A stretch of 64,000 nt of DNA from Limnochordia bacterium (GCA_050951545.1 JBMNJG010000003.1:128001-192000); one strand, 5' to 3'; numbered from the stretch's first letter, positions 7,677-17,704 are shown. Numbers and translations are program-made. Notes: generated by a model from the letters alone, not told the origin.

Positions 7677-8575
7677 CCAGGTACCCCGTAAAAGTAGGTG
7701 AGCGGCATCTTGAGCTATCCAATCTTGACAAGGTACTGTGGCCAGACAAAGGCATCACCAAAGGTGATCTCATTCACTACTACGCCTCAGTGGCCGAAAG
7801 ACTTCTACCTCACCTCAGAAGACGCCCCCTTACCCTCACCCGCTATCCCGATGGGATCACGGGTGACATGTTCTACCAGAAGGACACACCCCTGCATGCC
7901 CCTGACTGGTTGCCGACATACGCCGTTGCTTCCTCAATCCCCGGGCGCATGGTGCGTTACCTCTTGGCCGAGGAAGCCGCAGCTCTTGTCTGGTTAGCCA
8001 ACCAAGCAACCATTGAGATTCACCCATGGATGTCAACCGTAGAGCATCCCGCCTATCCTGACTACGCAGTCATTGACCTCGACCCTGCCGAGGGTGCCAC
8101 GTGGGCTGATGTGGTAGAGATCGCCAGATTGGTGCGAGTTCTGCTTGAGAGGCTGGACCTTGTTGGATTCCCCAAGCTTTCGGGGGCTACAGGCATCCAC
8201 ATCTATGTCCCGCTAGCCGCTCGCTATAGCTTTGCGCAGACCAGCCAGTTTGTCGGTTTCCTAGGGAGACTCTTGGTCAAAGCCTATCCGGAAAAGGCGA
8301 CCAATGAACGTCTTGTCCAGTGTCGCAACGGGAGAGTGTATATCGATCACCTTCAGAATCTGCCTGGAAAGACCATCGTGGCACCATACGTGCCCAGACC
8401 CGTCGCTGGCGCCCCTGTCTCGGTCCCCGTCTCCTGGGCGGAGCTCGGCGAAGTGACACCTGAGCAGTTCAGTGTAGATCAACCCCAGCTTATCCTGAAA
8501 CGCCCCAAAGATCATGACGCCATGTATAGTCTCCAGCAAAGCCTCGATGCTGTACTTCCTTTGCTGAATCTGTGA
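7673..8575 (+). CDS. LigD polymerase/primase domain protein
   Basis: LSNLDKVLWP, RYPDG, FYQKD, DLDP, GIHIYVPL, YIDHLQN; ATGA overlap with the ligase gene. Confidence 0.93.
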   Translation: MTRYPVKVGERHLELSNLDKVLWPDKGITKGDLIHYYASVAERLLPHLRRRPLTLTRYPDGITGDMFYQKDTPLHAPDWLPTYAVASSIPGRMVRYLLAEEAAALVWLANQATIEIHPWMSTVEHPAYPDYAVIDLDPAEGATWADVVEIARLVRVLLERLDLVGFPKLSGATGIHIYVPLAARYSFAQTSQFVGFLGRLLVKAYPEKATNERLVQCRNGRVYIDHLQNLPGKTIVAPYVPRPVAGAPVSVPVSWAELGEVTPEQFSVDQPQLILKRPKDHDAMYSLQQSLDAVLPLLNL

Positions 8576-8629
8576 CTGATCTGCTTTGCCAGCAGGAGAT
8601 CCACCGTCGCTTGACCTATTCTTCCTCAG

Positions 8630-8686
8630 GTACGCATGTCGACGGCCAACCACACGCGGAAATCGAGGCAACTGTGGCAGGTGTTC
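8630..8686 (+). repeat. 57-bp dispersed structured repeat, copy 1
   Basis: 50/57 identical to 11222-11278; also matches the reverse complement of 26285-26341. Confidence 0.9.
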
Positions 8687-8716
8687 GCTGAATTAGCAAG
8701 GGGGTCCAATCGTCTC

Positions 8717-9157
8717 GTGCACAAGAGGGTTTCTATAGCTGTGACTCTTCTGGCGCTTCTCGCTGTGTGTACAGGTTGCCGTTCTAGCCATACAGGGAGC
8801 CATACTGTCAGATTCCGCGGATACGACGCCTACGTCTACCGTGGCGAATCGTCCGCACAGGCAGACTACATCCGTTTCCGTCAAGCGGATGGAGTTGAGG
8901 AGTTTGAAATCGTACTGCCCCGCCAACTCCCCCGTCTCGTGGTGGAGTTTCGAGCAGCAGTGAAGGCAGGAAAGATCGTCTTTAGGATCATCAACCCTGA
9001 AGGGAAGGCGATCATCGGGGGTTACACAGACTCGGAAGGTCACCTTAAGCTCTATCACTCTTTACGCGTCCCACCGGGCACCTATACCGTGAGGACTGAA
9101 TACCAGCAAGCCCGGCGGGGGGAAATCAGCTATACGCTCTATGGCTATCACCGATAG
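8717..9157 (+). CDS. Putative lipoprotein, function unknown
   Basis: GTG start after AAGGGGG; signal peptide MHKRVSIAVTLLALLAVCTGC with a lipobox-like Cys; beta-rich mature region. Confidence 0.7.
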   Translation: MHKRVSIAVTLLALLAVCTGCRSSHTGSHTVRFRGYDAYVYRGESSAQADYIRFRQADGVEEFEIVLPRQLPRLVVEFRAAVKAGKIVFRIINPEGKAIIGGYTDSEGHLKLYHSLRVPPGTYTVRTEYQQARRGEISYTLYGYHR

Positions 9158-9182
9158 CCGCCACTCCCTACGTTGCAGGCTA

Positions 9183-11096
9183 TTACTGCACCTGGTAGCG
9201 ATATACTGCATAGGAGAAGGGGTCTGGCAAGGAGAAGACCGCTTCTCCGTGTGTATCGACATGGATACTCCTTTGCACGCCCCTACCCAAAACGGGCTTG
9301 AGTATCACTTCACAATCGGCCAGTTCCCACAGTTGGAGGCGGTGAGAACTAGCCGGATGCAGCTCCCGATAAAGAACTAGGTAGCCAGAAGACACTGATG
9401 CCATGGACTGAAACCCGGTCCACCTAGTGCCGTTAGGCTCCTGGCCTATCGGAAGCACCGTTCCTTGAAGCAGCTCCTCTTGAAAAGAGCGATAGGTGCT
9501 TACCAACGCGCCTAACTCCAGCTGCTCTTGCGGATCCATGTCGGAAGGATGCATCCAGATCAGTGGGTTTGAGCACATCGTCACCGCAAAAGCATAGGCC
9601 TGGCCACAGACTGCGGGCGCCAATGGGTCATTGGCATACTTCTCCTGGTTGCGGAGCACGTTTGGCACTTCCATGAGAAGGTAGCGAGTAGGAAGAAACC
9701 GCGCCAGTGTCCATAGGTTACGCAGTACGCGATGTGGATGGTAGTTTGCCCAATCGGTATAGCGGTTTTCCAGGAAGTACGTGCCATAGTGAGCTCTGCC
9801 GAAGAAGCCCAGACGAGTGCCGTTTGTAATGTCCAGGTTGAATGCCACATTGCCACCTGATTCGGCAATCACTCGACGCAGCATGCATACTAGCCTCTCC
9901 TCGGCCAACTTGTTTGGAAGCTTCACATCATCGATTTTAAAATGAGTCACGCCCTCATTACGGTACAGGCCCAGCAGTATCTCTGCATCATCATTCCAGT
10001 ATGCATAATCGTCTTTCTTTGTAGGCACGAACCATAGTCCCAGCTTCATACCTAACGACGAAGCCAAATGCTTGATGGGCTGCAGACCTCGGGGGAAGCG
10101 AACAGGGTCAACCTCCCATGTGCCACGGCGGTACCAACCAGCATCGATCTGGTACACATTGACACCTAGACGCGCCGCATGAGGCAGGTCGTGCATGATA
10201 AACTCCTCATTTATCCGCGTGTCTTGCGTGCGATCTCCCCATGTGTTGCTCATGACGCAGATCTCTCGACTCGGCTCAAAGCAACGTACAGAGCGATGAT
10301 ACCTATGCAGAGCCTGCAGTGCACCAGCTTCACCGCCCTGGCTCACGCCAACGGCCACGCCATAGGAAGAAACAGGTTGGCCCGCTCTGCAATCACCTGC
10401 GGTAAGCCCGCTTCCACACACATGAACGGAAAAGGCGTTGATGGCAAAGTCGTGTCCAGGGTACGAGAGATGTCCCAGTGGTGTAGGTGCTTCCTTTACC
10501 ACGATCAGGCTATTGTGATCCAAAGAGTCCTCCATGAAGAGCAAGTTGCCCTGTGCAGTACGTGCTTCGCCGCTGTAGAGGAGTCCGTGTTCCTCTTTGA
10601 GCAGATTGTCCCAGTGATCCGTACGGTCGCGAAGCATGACACTGCGCCACTCGACATGGGTAGGCGCAAGCGCAAACCTGTCAAGAATGCCTGGGTCTGC
10701 CAGTGTAGCTAAGTCCGCAGCCACCGAGTCTGGCGCCGTTGCGCCGGGTCTGATCTCCCACGAGCTACGGATAAACGCTGCAGAAGGGTAAATACAGTGA
10801 ACCCAAACGACATCACCCCATGGATGGGCAAAGACGACTCTAATGCGTACGGCCTCTTCGCCTAACCCTAGGTCGTCGTCACGATCGATATCGACCTGGC
10901 CCGTGAACAAACCCTTCAGCGGATAGGGTTCTGCTTGCGTTACATTTAGCCATTGCTTACCGCTTATCTTGTCGATAATGTGTGTAGCCGCAGGCAACCC
11001 AGCCACAAAGGACCACTTGCGCTCGATGTACCCGTTGCCAATCGCTAAGGAATCCGTATCGCTCTGCACATAGCATGAACCCACATTTGTGTACAC
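9183..11096 (-). CDS. GH36-like alpha-galactosidase / glycoside hydrolase
   Basis: MSNTWGDR, YQIDAGW, RFPRGL, LGLWF, HFKID motifs; GTG start after AAGGAG (ORF-track N-terminal extension excluded). Confidence 0.82.
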   Translation of the reverse strand: MYTNVGSCYVQSDTDSLAIGNGYIERKWSFVAGLPAATHIIDKISGKQWLNVTQAEPYPLKGLFTGQVDIDRDDDLGLGEEAVRIRVVFAHPWGDVVWVHCIYPSAAFIRSSWEIRPGATAPDSVAADLATLADPGILDRFALAPTHVEWRSVMLRDRTDHWDNLLKEEHGLLYSGEARTAQGNLLFMEDSLDHNSLIVVKEAPTPLGHLSYPGHDFAINAFSVHVCGSGLTAGDCRAGQPVSSYGVAVGVSQGGEAGALQALHRYHRSVRCFEPSREICVMSNTWGDRTQDTRINEEFIMHDLPHAARLGVNVYQIDAGWYRRGTWEVDPVRFPRGLQPIKHLASSLGMKLGLWFVPTKKDDYAYWNDDAEILLGLYRNEGVTHFKIDDVKLPNKLAEERLVCMLRRVIAESGGNVAFNLDITNGTRLGFFGRAHYGTYFLENRYTDWANYHPHRVLRNLWTLARFLPTRYLLMEVPNVLRNQEKYANDPLAPAVCGQAYAFAVTMCSNPLIWMHPSDMDPQEQLELGALVSTYRSFQEELLQGTVLPIGQEPNGTRWTGFQSMASVSSGYLVLYRELHPASSHRLQLWELADCEVILKPVLGRGVQRSIHVDTHGEAVFSLPDPFSYAVYRYQVQ

Positions 11097-11221
11097 GGCG
11101 ATCTCCTTACCCTCTGGGTATTGGCTCTCACTTCCACGTCTAGCATCATAGCCCTGCCATACGCTCATGGCGATCATTGATAGAGAAGAAGCTGCGTAAG
11201 TGTAGACATGTGCTCCGTTGA

Positions 11222-11278
11222 GTACGCGTGTCGGCGGCCAACCACACGCGGAAGTCGAGGCGGCCGCGGCAGGTGTTC
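11222..11278 (+). repeat. 57-bp dispersed structured repeat, copy 2
   Basis: GTACGCGTGTCGGCGGCCAACCACACGCGGAAGTCGAGGCGGCCGCGGCAGGTGTTC. Confidence 0.9.
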
Positions 11279-11388
11279 TCCGCAGCGTATACCATGGGTA
11301 GGAAGCTTGTGTCGCAAGCGGCGAACACTGAGGGCAGCCTCCGACATGCCCGCACAGCATAACACGATTTCCTAGGGGGGCTATACGT

Positions 11389-12087
11389 ATGCGGCTGGTC
11401 CTATGGTGGGCGGGCCCGCACAAGCCTGCGACGAAAACAGCCTTCTGTATCGTCATAGGCATGATAATGGTGGTAGTCGCTTTTTCTCTCACTCAGCGCT
11501 TGTGGCCTATGGTCTGGCCGGTTCTATCGATAGCCATTGACGCCGGACACGGAGGCATTGATCCGGGAGCCGTCGGCCCACACGGTCTCAAAGAGAAGGT
11601 GGTTACCCTCGATGTAGCCCTCCGCGTGCAGGCACTGCTTCACGCAGCGGGCGAGCCAGCTTTTCTGACGCGTGAGGATGACGGGAGGCTGGGAACCTCC
11701 CAGGGCAGGGATCTGCGAGCACGCGTGCGAGTAGCCCATGATCAGCAAGTCGATATACTGGTAAGCATTCACTGCAACAGCTTCCACTCGCACGCCGCAA
11801 AAGGTCCGCGCACCTACTATCAGCCTGGTTCGCAGCAAGGCCAACTTCTGGCCACGTTCATTCAAGATAACCTGCGCTCTGCTGTAGGCTATGGTGCAGC
11901 AAAGCCAACGCCAGAAGACCACCTGATTACCCGGGAAAGCAAGATGGTAGCGGTTATCGTGGAGTTGGCTTATATCAGTAACCCCGATGAAGAGCAGCTT
12001 CTTCGCACCCCCGCCTTCCGCAGGAGAGTGGCAGAGGCAGTGGCAAAAGGAATCCTGATGTACCGGGACGCTAGTCAACCGAGCTAA
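11389..12087 (+). CDS. N-acetylmuramoyl-L-alanine amidase (Amidase_3, CwlD-like)
   Basis: N-terminal TM segment; IDAGHGGIDPGA, EK, VSIHCNS, IVELAYISNPDE. Confidence 0.9.
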   Translation: MRLVLWWAGPHKPATKTAFCIVIGMIMVVVAFSLTQRLWPMVWPVLSIAIDAGHGGIDPGAVGPHGLKEKVVTLDVALRVQALLHAAGEPAFLTREDDGRLGTSQGRDLRARVRVAHDQQVDILVSIHCNSFHSHAAKGPRTYYQPGSQQGQLLATFIQDNLRSAVGYGAAKPTPEDHLITRESKMVAVIVELAYISNPDEEQLLRTPAFRRRVAEAVAKGILMYRDASQPS

Positions 12088-12499
12088 CTGCGGCCTCCCC
12101 GAGTGTTTCGTCAATCAACTGAAGCAGCCGTGACGTTTCGGCCTCGCCCTGATCGAGAAGCGATGAGAACTCCTGTAAGAGCGTACGCATGCGACGGTGA
12201 AAACCCATTGTCTCCTGACGAATGGCCGCCAGACGCGCCTCCTCTTCGGTAGCCTGCTCCCGCGCCGCGGTCACGATCACCTCGGCTTGCTGGCGCGCTT
12301 GCTCCAGCGTCTGTTCAGCTGTTTCGGATACCTGGGCTGGCTGCGGTACAGCCTCGCCCCCCTTGAGCTTGGCATTCTCGCGGACGAGCTCTTCGTACTC
12401 GCCTATGAGACGGCGTATGAACTCGTCAACCTGAGCACGGTTGTAGCCACGCAATGCAGGTTCAAACTGCACGCGCAGAAGATCACGCGGTGTAAGCAA
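12071..12499 (-). CDS. divIVA: DivIVA-domain protein
   Basis: MLTPRDL..F..ALRGYNRAQVDEF followed by coiled coil; lies after ylmH. Confidence 0.88.
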   Translation of the reverse strand: MLTPRDLLRVQFEPALRGYNRAQVDEFIRRLIGEYEELVRENAKLKGGEAVPQPAQVSETAEQTLEQARQQAEVIVTAAREQATEEEARLAAIRQETMGFHRRMRTLLQEFSSLLDQGEAETSRLLQLIDETLGEAAVSSVD

Positions 12500-12596
12500 G
12501 AGGCATCCTCCTCCATGTGGAAATCGACTGTGCTTAGATACATGAGCACCTCTCTACTGATGAATGATGGCTCAATCATGCGGCGGAGATGCCCTA

Positions 12597-13394
12597 CTAG
12601 AACGCTCGTTTCAGTAACAGGGCGATGCGCCCTTTGCGAGTGGTACCTGTCACCTGATCAACAGAAACCCGTCCTCTTCCACGCATAGAGATCACATCGC
12701 CCTCAGCCACTGCATGCGCTGGATCAGTAACCACCTTCCAGTTCAACTTCAGCCGCTCTGCTCGAATCTCACGGACCATCTTGGTGCGCGACATGCTGAA
12801 CCCGAAAGCCGCTACGGCATCCAGGCGCATCGAAGCTACGGTAGTACGCAACTCCTTGACTCTCTGCGGTGCTACGGCCAACTGCTCCAGATCTATCTCG
12901 CCTACCTGCACTGAAGCCTGGCCAACCTGCCGTAGCTCCGCAAGAACGGCTCTAAGAGCGGTCTCTGATACGATCACCTGGCAACCGCTCTCTTGCAGCA
13001 GAATATCACCTACCTGGCCTCGATCAAGGCCTGTGCCCAATATGGCGCCGAGATAATCCCCATGCCCTAGCTCTTGATTCTGGCCACCAATCTTTACCTC
13101 GAGCGCTCGAAGAGGAGGCTCCAAGAGTTCAATCAAGTAGTGCTCAGGGTAGACAAGCAGTCGCTGCCGCTCAGCCTCGGCATATCCCCCATACGCTCGC
13201 TTGGCGACAGGCATGGCCCCTAGAACACCCAGGGCTATCTGACGTGCATGCGGATCGAGGAAATCAGTGGCCACCGGGCAATCCTGCGTCAGACTTTGCG
13301 TAGCCGTGTCGATGATCCGCGCCCCAAGCAAGCGTTCCTCTTTGCCCTCCAAGTGAGCGAGCAAGCGCCCCTTGTCGTGCATCACTGCTACCAC
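12597..13394 (-). CDS. ylmH: YlmH S4-domain RNA-binding protein
   Basis: TDFLDP, GGYAEAERQR, HGDYLGAILG, SMRLDAV, GDVISMRGRGR. Confidence 0.92.
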   Translation of the reverse strand: MVAVMHDKGRLLAHLEGKEERLLGARIIDTATQSLTQDCPVATDFLDPHARQIALGVLGAMPVAKRAYGGYAEAERQRLLVYPEHYLIELLEPPLRALEVKIGGQNQELGHGDYLGAILGTGLDRGQVGDILLQESGCQVIVSETALRAVLAELRQVGQASVQVGEIDLEQLAVAPQRVKELRTTVASMRLDAVAAFGFSMSRTKMVREIRAERLKLNWKVVTDPAHAVAEGDVISMRGRGRVSVDQVTGTTRKGRIALLLKRAF

Positions 13395-13415
13395 GCCCCT
13401 TTGTAGCCCACAGAC

Positions 13416-13676
13416 CTACAGACCAATCCTAATGAGGTTGATCACTAGGAACCGACGCAACCAGCCTAGCACCAGAAAAACGAGAATCGGTGAGAAGTCG
13501 ATAACCCCTACGCTCGGGATGGCACGGCGAGCTGGTTCCAGCACGGGATCCGTCACTCGTACCACAAAACGAACCGCCGGATGATAGGGGGACGGCCGAA
13601 TCCACGACAAAATCAAACGTATGAGAATGAGCCACTCGTACACTGTGAATAACGTCGCCACGAGCTGATGTAGCAC
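13416..13676 (-). CDS. ylmG: YggT/YlmG membrane protein
   Basis: ILSWI, VTDPVLEPARR, IDFSPI. Confidence 0.92.
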   Translation of the reverse strand: MLHQLVATLFTVYEWLILIRLILSWIRPSPYHPAVRFVVRVTDPVLEPARRAIPSVGVIDFSPILVFLVLGWLRRFLVINLIRIGL

Positions 13677-13688
13677 AGGCTTCGCCCC

Positions 13689-14549
13689 TTAGTCGTTATC
13701 TCTCAGACGCGAACGGCGGGCCTGCATTACCGCCAAGCCCAGCTCCTCTGATCGAGCTGCAGCAGCCAACACGGCTTCGATTAGCTGAGCCCGCAGGGCC
13801 CCCTTTTCCAGAACCCGAACCCCTGCTGCAGTGGTGCCAGCCGGAGAGGTGACCGCCTCGCGCAACCGTGCCGGATGCTCCTTGGTTTCGAGGACCATCT
13901 GTGCCGCCCCCAAAACGGTCTGAGCAGACAACTCCAGTGCCACGTCTCGGGGCAGACCAGCGGCTACTCCCCCTTCTGCCAGCGCTTCTATCATCAAATA
14001 GACGTAGGCCGGACCCGATCCGGAGAGTCCGGTAACGGCATCCAAAAGGCTTTCGTCTAGCACGAAGGCCCTCCCAACAGTCCGAAAGAGTTTCAGTACC
14101 AGCTCAGTCTGGGCAGCCCTGGCTCGCTTGCCAGGGCTTAGCGCGGCTGCCGAACACCCAACAAGGCAAGGTGTATTCGGCATGACGCGGACCACAGCCG
14201 TGTCAGCACCCAGTCCCTCTTCCAGCAGTGCCAAGGGTACACCAGCAGCAATGGATACCACGAGAGTATCGGGGCTTAGCCCTGCACGGATATCAGGAAG
14301 CACATCCATCACGTGCTGTGGCTTGACCGCCACCAACACTACCTGCGCTCGCGCCACCCCAGCAGAAACGGAATCGCTGCTACGCACGCCCAGCTCCTCT
14401 TCAAGGGCCTGACGTCTGGCCGGGAGTATGTCGACCGCTACGACGCTTTCCGCCTTGAGCAGGCCCGCTCTTAGCCAGGCTCTAAGCAGGGCACTCGCCA
14501 TCGCCCCCGCACCCACACTTGCCAGCGAAGGGATCGGTATCTGGGTCAC
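13689..14549 (-). CDS. proC: Pyrroline-5-carboxylate reductase
   Basis: GAGAMA, VKPQ, RVMPNTP, GLSGSGPAY, VTSPAGTT. Confidence 0.95.
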   Translation of the reverse strand: MTQIPIPSLASVGAGAMASALLRAWLRAGLLKAESVVAVDILPARRQALEEELGVRSSDSVSAGVARAQVVLVAVKPQHVMDVLPDIRAGLSPDTLVVSIAAGVPLALLEEGLGADTAVVRVMPNTPCLVGCSAAALSPGKRARAAQTELVLKLFRTVGRAFVLDESLLDAVTGLSGSGPAYVYLMIEALAEGGVAAGLPRDVALELSAQTVLGAAQMVLETKEHPARLREAVTSPAGTTAAGVRVLEKGALRAQLIEAVLAAAARSEELGLAVMQARRSRLRDND

Positions 14550-15019
14550 TATGATTCGTCCTCCTCCCACTGCCGTCTGATGAACGCCTCGATCACCACA
14601 TTGCTTGGAGCAAAAACGAAGATGCCGTCGCCGACGCGCTGCACCTGGCCATCGATAGCATAGGTGGTACCGCTGACAAAATCGATCACGCGCCTGGAGA
14701 GCTCTTTATCAAGTGCTTCCACTGACACGATCACTGGCCGTCGCTGCTTCAGATGATCACAGATAACCTGAACGTCGTCAAACGAGTGTGGCTCCAAGAC
14801 TGCCATCCGCCACTTGCTAGTGGGGACGGCCGAGACAGGTGCACCTGTCCCAGGCTCAGGCTGCGCCCCTGATTTCGCGGGGAAGCTGACCAACCTACCA
14901 CGCCGAGTGCGCCCTGGGGTCTCTGTTTCCGCGTCCGTCTCGGATGGTAGATCCTGTTCGTCCTCTTCATCCTGAATGCCCATGAAATCGAGGACTCTGT
15001 CCAAGAAGCGATCACTCAT
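14549..15019 (-). CDS. sepF: Cell division protein SepF
   Basis: EPHSFDDVQVICDHLK, RRVIDFVSGTTYAIDG. Confidence 0.95.
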   Translation of the reverse strand: MSDRFLDRVLDFMGIQDEEDEQDLPSETDAETETPGRTRRGRLVSFPAKSGAQPEPGTGAPVSAVPTSKWRMAVLEPHSFDDVQVICDHLKQRRPVIVSVEALDKELSRRVIDFVSGTTYAIDGQVQRVGDGIFVFAPSNVVIEAFIRRQWEEDES

Positions 15020-15043
15020 ATTCCTCTACCCCCCGGCTACCAT

Positions 15044-15739
15044 CTAGGTCCGTCGTGGTCCAAAAACCGCCGAGCCCAACCGTACTAAGTCCGCTCCTTC
15101 TTCAATCGCCACCTCAAAATCACTGGTCATCCCCATCGACAGATGCTTTGGATCAATCCCAGGAAGGTTCATGTCTCGAAGACGACACGCCAGAAGCCGC
15201 AGCTCGCGAAACACCGGGCGCACATCCTCAGGGTCATCAACCCAAGGTGCCACAGTCATCAGCCCAGCCAACTGCAGACCCTTTTCGCTCATCTGTCGAG
15301 CGAGTTCGGGGGCTTCCTCAACACTCACCCCATGCTTTGTGGCCTCGTCAGCCACATTCACCTGCATCAGTAGCGATCTACCGACAGGAACCGCTCTAGC
15401 CAGAGCATGGACCAGACGAGGCCTATCAACTGAGTGGATGCAATCGAACAAAGAGAGCGCTCTCCTCACCTTATTCGTCTGAAGGGTACCGATGAAGTGC
15501 CACTTTCCTATGTCAGGTAGCTGTGCGATTTTGGATTCGGCCTCTTGCACTCGGTTCTCACCGAAATCGGTGACTCCACATGCGGCGGCGGCTTGCACTA
15601 ACTCGACGGGCACCGTCTTCGTTACCGCGACAAGCGTTACCTCCTCTGAGGAACGCCCCACCCTCTCACAGGCCTGGGTTATGCGTTCCCGGACCGCCTG
15701 AACGTTCTCAGCTATGAACTGCAAGCATAAGTCCTCCAT
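15044..15739 (-). CDS. ylmE: PLP-binding protein YggS/YlmE
   Basis: LVAVTKT, FGENRVQE, WHFIGTLQTNKV, LSMGMTSDF. Confidence 0.95.
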   Translation of the reverse strand: MEDLCLQFIAENVQAVRERITQACERVGRSSEEVTLVAVTKTVPVELVQAAAACGVTDFGENRVQEAESKIAQLPDIGKWHFIGTLQTNKVRRALSLFDCIHSVDRPRLVHALARAVPVGRSLLMQVNVADEATKHGVSVEEAPELARQMSEKGLQLAGLMTVAPWVDDPEDVRPVFRELRLLACRLRDMNLPGIDPKHLSMGMTSDFEVAIEEGADLVRLGSAVFGPRRT

Positions 15740-15798
15740 CCATACCAGTTTCTTCGGGCTGAAACCGCCATTCCGAGCAACTGGATCAGCCTGTACAG

Positions 15799-16707
15799 CT
15801 ATTTGCGGTATCTTCGGGGCAAAGCGCGAGGATTGGTGACCACGCGTGCCCCCACAGGTACACCCGTCACCAGGGCCGATTCCTCGTTAGCTGCCAATAC
15901 GTCTAAGCGGCGGTAGAGCGGGCTCTTTTCCACAAGCATAAACACCCCACGGCGGCCGTTCTCCTCGGGCACCAGGCTCGCGACAGGCACAACCACGCCT
16001 TCGCGTCGATCTGCGACCAATCTGACGTCAAACGACCGTATGTATAGGCACTCAGCCGGAAGATGATCTCCTGTCAATTGCGCGAGTAGCTTGTCCTCGC
16101 GCTCCTCAGCCCTGTCGACCCGCATCTGCACTTCCCCTGTGGCAAACCGAACCACAACGCTTCGGCCAGTCGGCAGAGGCTGCGCTCCACGTACTGCCAC
16201 GTATAGGTGCCAAGAGAAATCATCGACGAGACGAAACAGGGGTGTACCGAGGCTTACCTGCTCCCCGTCAGCCAAAACCCGTGCTGGTTCCTCCCTCTTG
16301 GGTACAGTTACACCATGCAAGAACGAATCAGCTGACGCTGTTTCCTCTAAGCCATCCAAGGAGAAGCTGACCACCCCAGGCGAGGGAGCCCGCACGTTGG
16401 AGGAGCCAATCTGGCACACAGCAACGCCAGCTCGGACTCGGGCTCCTTCAGGAACAAGCAGTTTGACACGGCCCTCAGCAGGAGCACGTTCCACGGTCTC
16501 CTTGCGCACTGCGAAGGCACTCCCTGTCCACTGCTGTTCAACGACATCCCAACGAGCCACTGTGGTACGCAAGCGCAACGGCAGCATTAGTCCACTTGCT
16601 TTTACCAAGACAAACCAAACAATGATGACGGCTAAACCCAGGATAGCCACCATGATTGGCGAAAACCGCCGTCGAATCCGACGTCGCGGGGGGATTGGCT
16701 GCCCCAT
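15799..16707 (-). CDS. HlyD-like membrane fusion/adaptor protein
   Basis: N-terminal TM, lipoyl-like hairpins (APAEGRV..EGARV, APSPGVVSF..DGLE); usual position upstream of yggS in clostridia. Confidence 0.7.
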   Translation of the reverse strand: MGQPIPPRRRIRRRFSPIMVAILGLAVIIVWFVLVKASGLMLPLRLRTTVARWDVVEQQWTGSAFAVRKETVERAPAEGRVKLLVPEGARVRAGVAVCQIGSSNVRAPSPGVVSFSLDGLEETASADSFLHGVTVPKREEPARVLADGEQVSLGTPLFRLVDDFSWHLYVAVRGAQPLPTGRSVVVRFATGEVQMRVDRAEEREDKLLAQLTGDHLPAECLYIRSFDVRLVADRREGVVVPVASLVPEENGRRGVFMLVEKSPLYRRLDVLAANEESALVTGVPVGARVVTNPRALPRRYRK

Positions 16708-16752
16708 GGTTTCCCTATCTCCTACTGCAGTGTCAATGTCAGAACCGAGATC

Positions 16753-17556
16753 TCATATGCCGACATACGCCATGAGCAGAACCAGCGCTCCGACAACCCA
16801 CGTGTAATAGGCGAAGACGCGCAAGCGCCCTTGCCGAATGAAGCGCTGCAACATGGCGATCGCCAGATAGCCTGTAACGGCAGATGTCAGTACCCCAGCG
16901 GCAAGCACAGACGGTGAAGGTCCCGTTCCTGCCTTAAGGGTAGCTGGCAGTTCGAGGACCGCTGCCCCCAGAATGACCGGAATAGCCAGAAGAAAAGAGA
17001 ACCTAGCAGCGTCCTCACCAACGACTCCTCGCGCAAGGCCTGCACTAATCGTGGTTCCGGACCGCGACAAACCTGGCATCACCGCTAGCGCTTGACCGCA
17101 GCCAATAACGAACGCATCTGAGGTTCGAAAAGACCTCAGTCGCCGAGCATCCGTCTTGGCCCGCTCTGACGCAAACAGAAGCGTTCCAGTGACGAGAAGC
17201 ATTACGCCTGTGACAGCGATCGATGAGAAGAAACCTGTGATAATGTCGCTGAACAGCAGCCCTACCACAACCGCCGGGACTGTACCTATGACGAGCAGCC
17301 AGATCAGCCGCCGACCACTTCTGGCCTGCGGATCGTGCCCTGGTCTAAGACCAGCTAGCACAAGCGCGACATCGTCACGTAGTGCGATCAGTACCGCAAG
17401 CAAAGTGCCCATGTGAACCGCAATGTCAAAGGCAAGTACGCCCTCTGAGATGCCGAACAGGTGCTGTGCTATCACTAGATGCCCCGAACTCGACACAGGC
17501 AGAAACTCAGTAAGTCCCTGCACAACACCCAGCACTAGCGCGTGGAATAGGCTCAA
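16753..17556 (-). CDS. uppP: Undecaprenyl-diphosphate phosphatase
   Basis: QGLTEFLPVSSSGHL, PGLSRSGTT, ARFSFLL. Confidence 0.96.
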   Translation of the reverse strand: MSLFHALVLGVVQGLTEFLPVSSSGHLVIAQHLFGISEGVLAFDIAVHMGTLLAVLIALRDDVALVLAGLRPGHDPQARSGRRLIWLLVIGTVPAVVVGLLFSDIITGFFSSIAVTGVMLLVTGTLLFASERAKTDARRLRSFRTSDAFVIGCGQALAVMPGLSRSGTTISAGLARGVVGEDAARFSFLLAIPVILGAAVLELPATLKAGTGPSPSVLAAGVLTSAVTGYLAIAMLQRFIRQGRLRVFAYYTWVVGALVLLMAYVGI

Positions 17557-17656
17557 CGCTATACCCCTCCGACCAGTCCATGTTGCTCCGCTCTCTTAGT
17601 TTTCCTCTTTGCCCCTGATGTTCCTGCCATGCGGAAGGGGTAACCAACAAAACGCA

Positions 17657-17681
17657 AGAAGAGCAGCAAGGCTGCTCTTCT
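17657..17681 (-). terminator. Probable terminator after ypeB
   Basis: AGAAGAGCAGC-aag-GCTGCTCTTCT perfect stem with a T-rich tail on the minus strand. Confidence 0.65.
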
Positions 17682-17704
17682 CCCCAATCAGCACCCCCAA
17701 CCTG

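Noticed and set aside
2310-11400. Prophage or ICE integrated at a tRNA
   Set aside because: No integrase, no phage or conjugation genes, and no duplicated tRNA 3' end found by eye
11097-11492. 132-aa N-terminal extension of the glycosidase in the ORF track
   Set aside because: It overlaps the divergent amidase gene and the 57-bp repeat; a good RBS precedes the GTG at 11096
12500-12596. T-box or riboswitch near divIVA, and a lysine riboswitch in the dap cluster
   Set aside because: No T-box consensus or lysine-riboswitch core found, and the intergenic regions are too short
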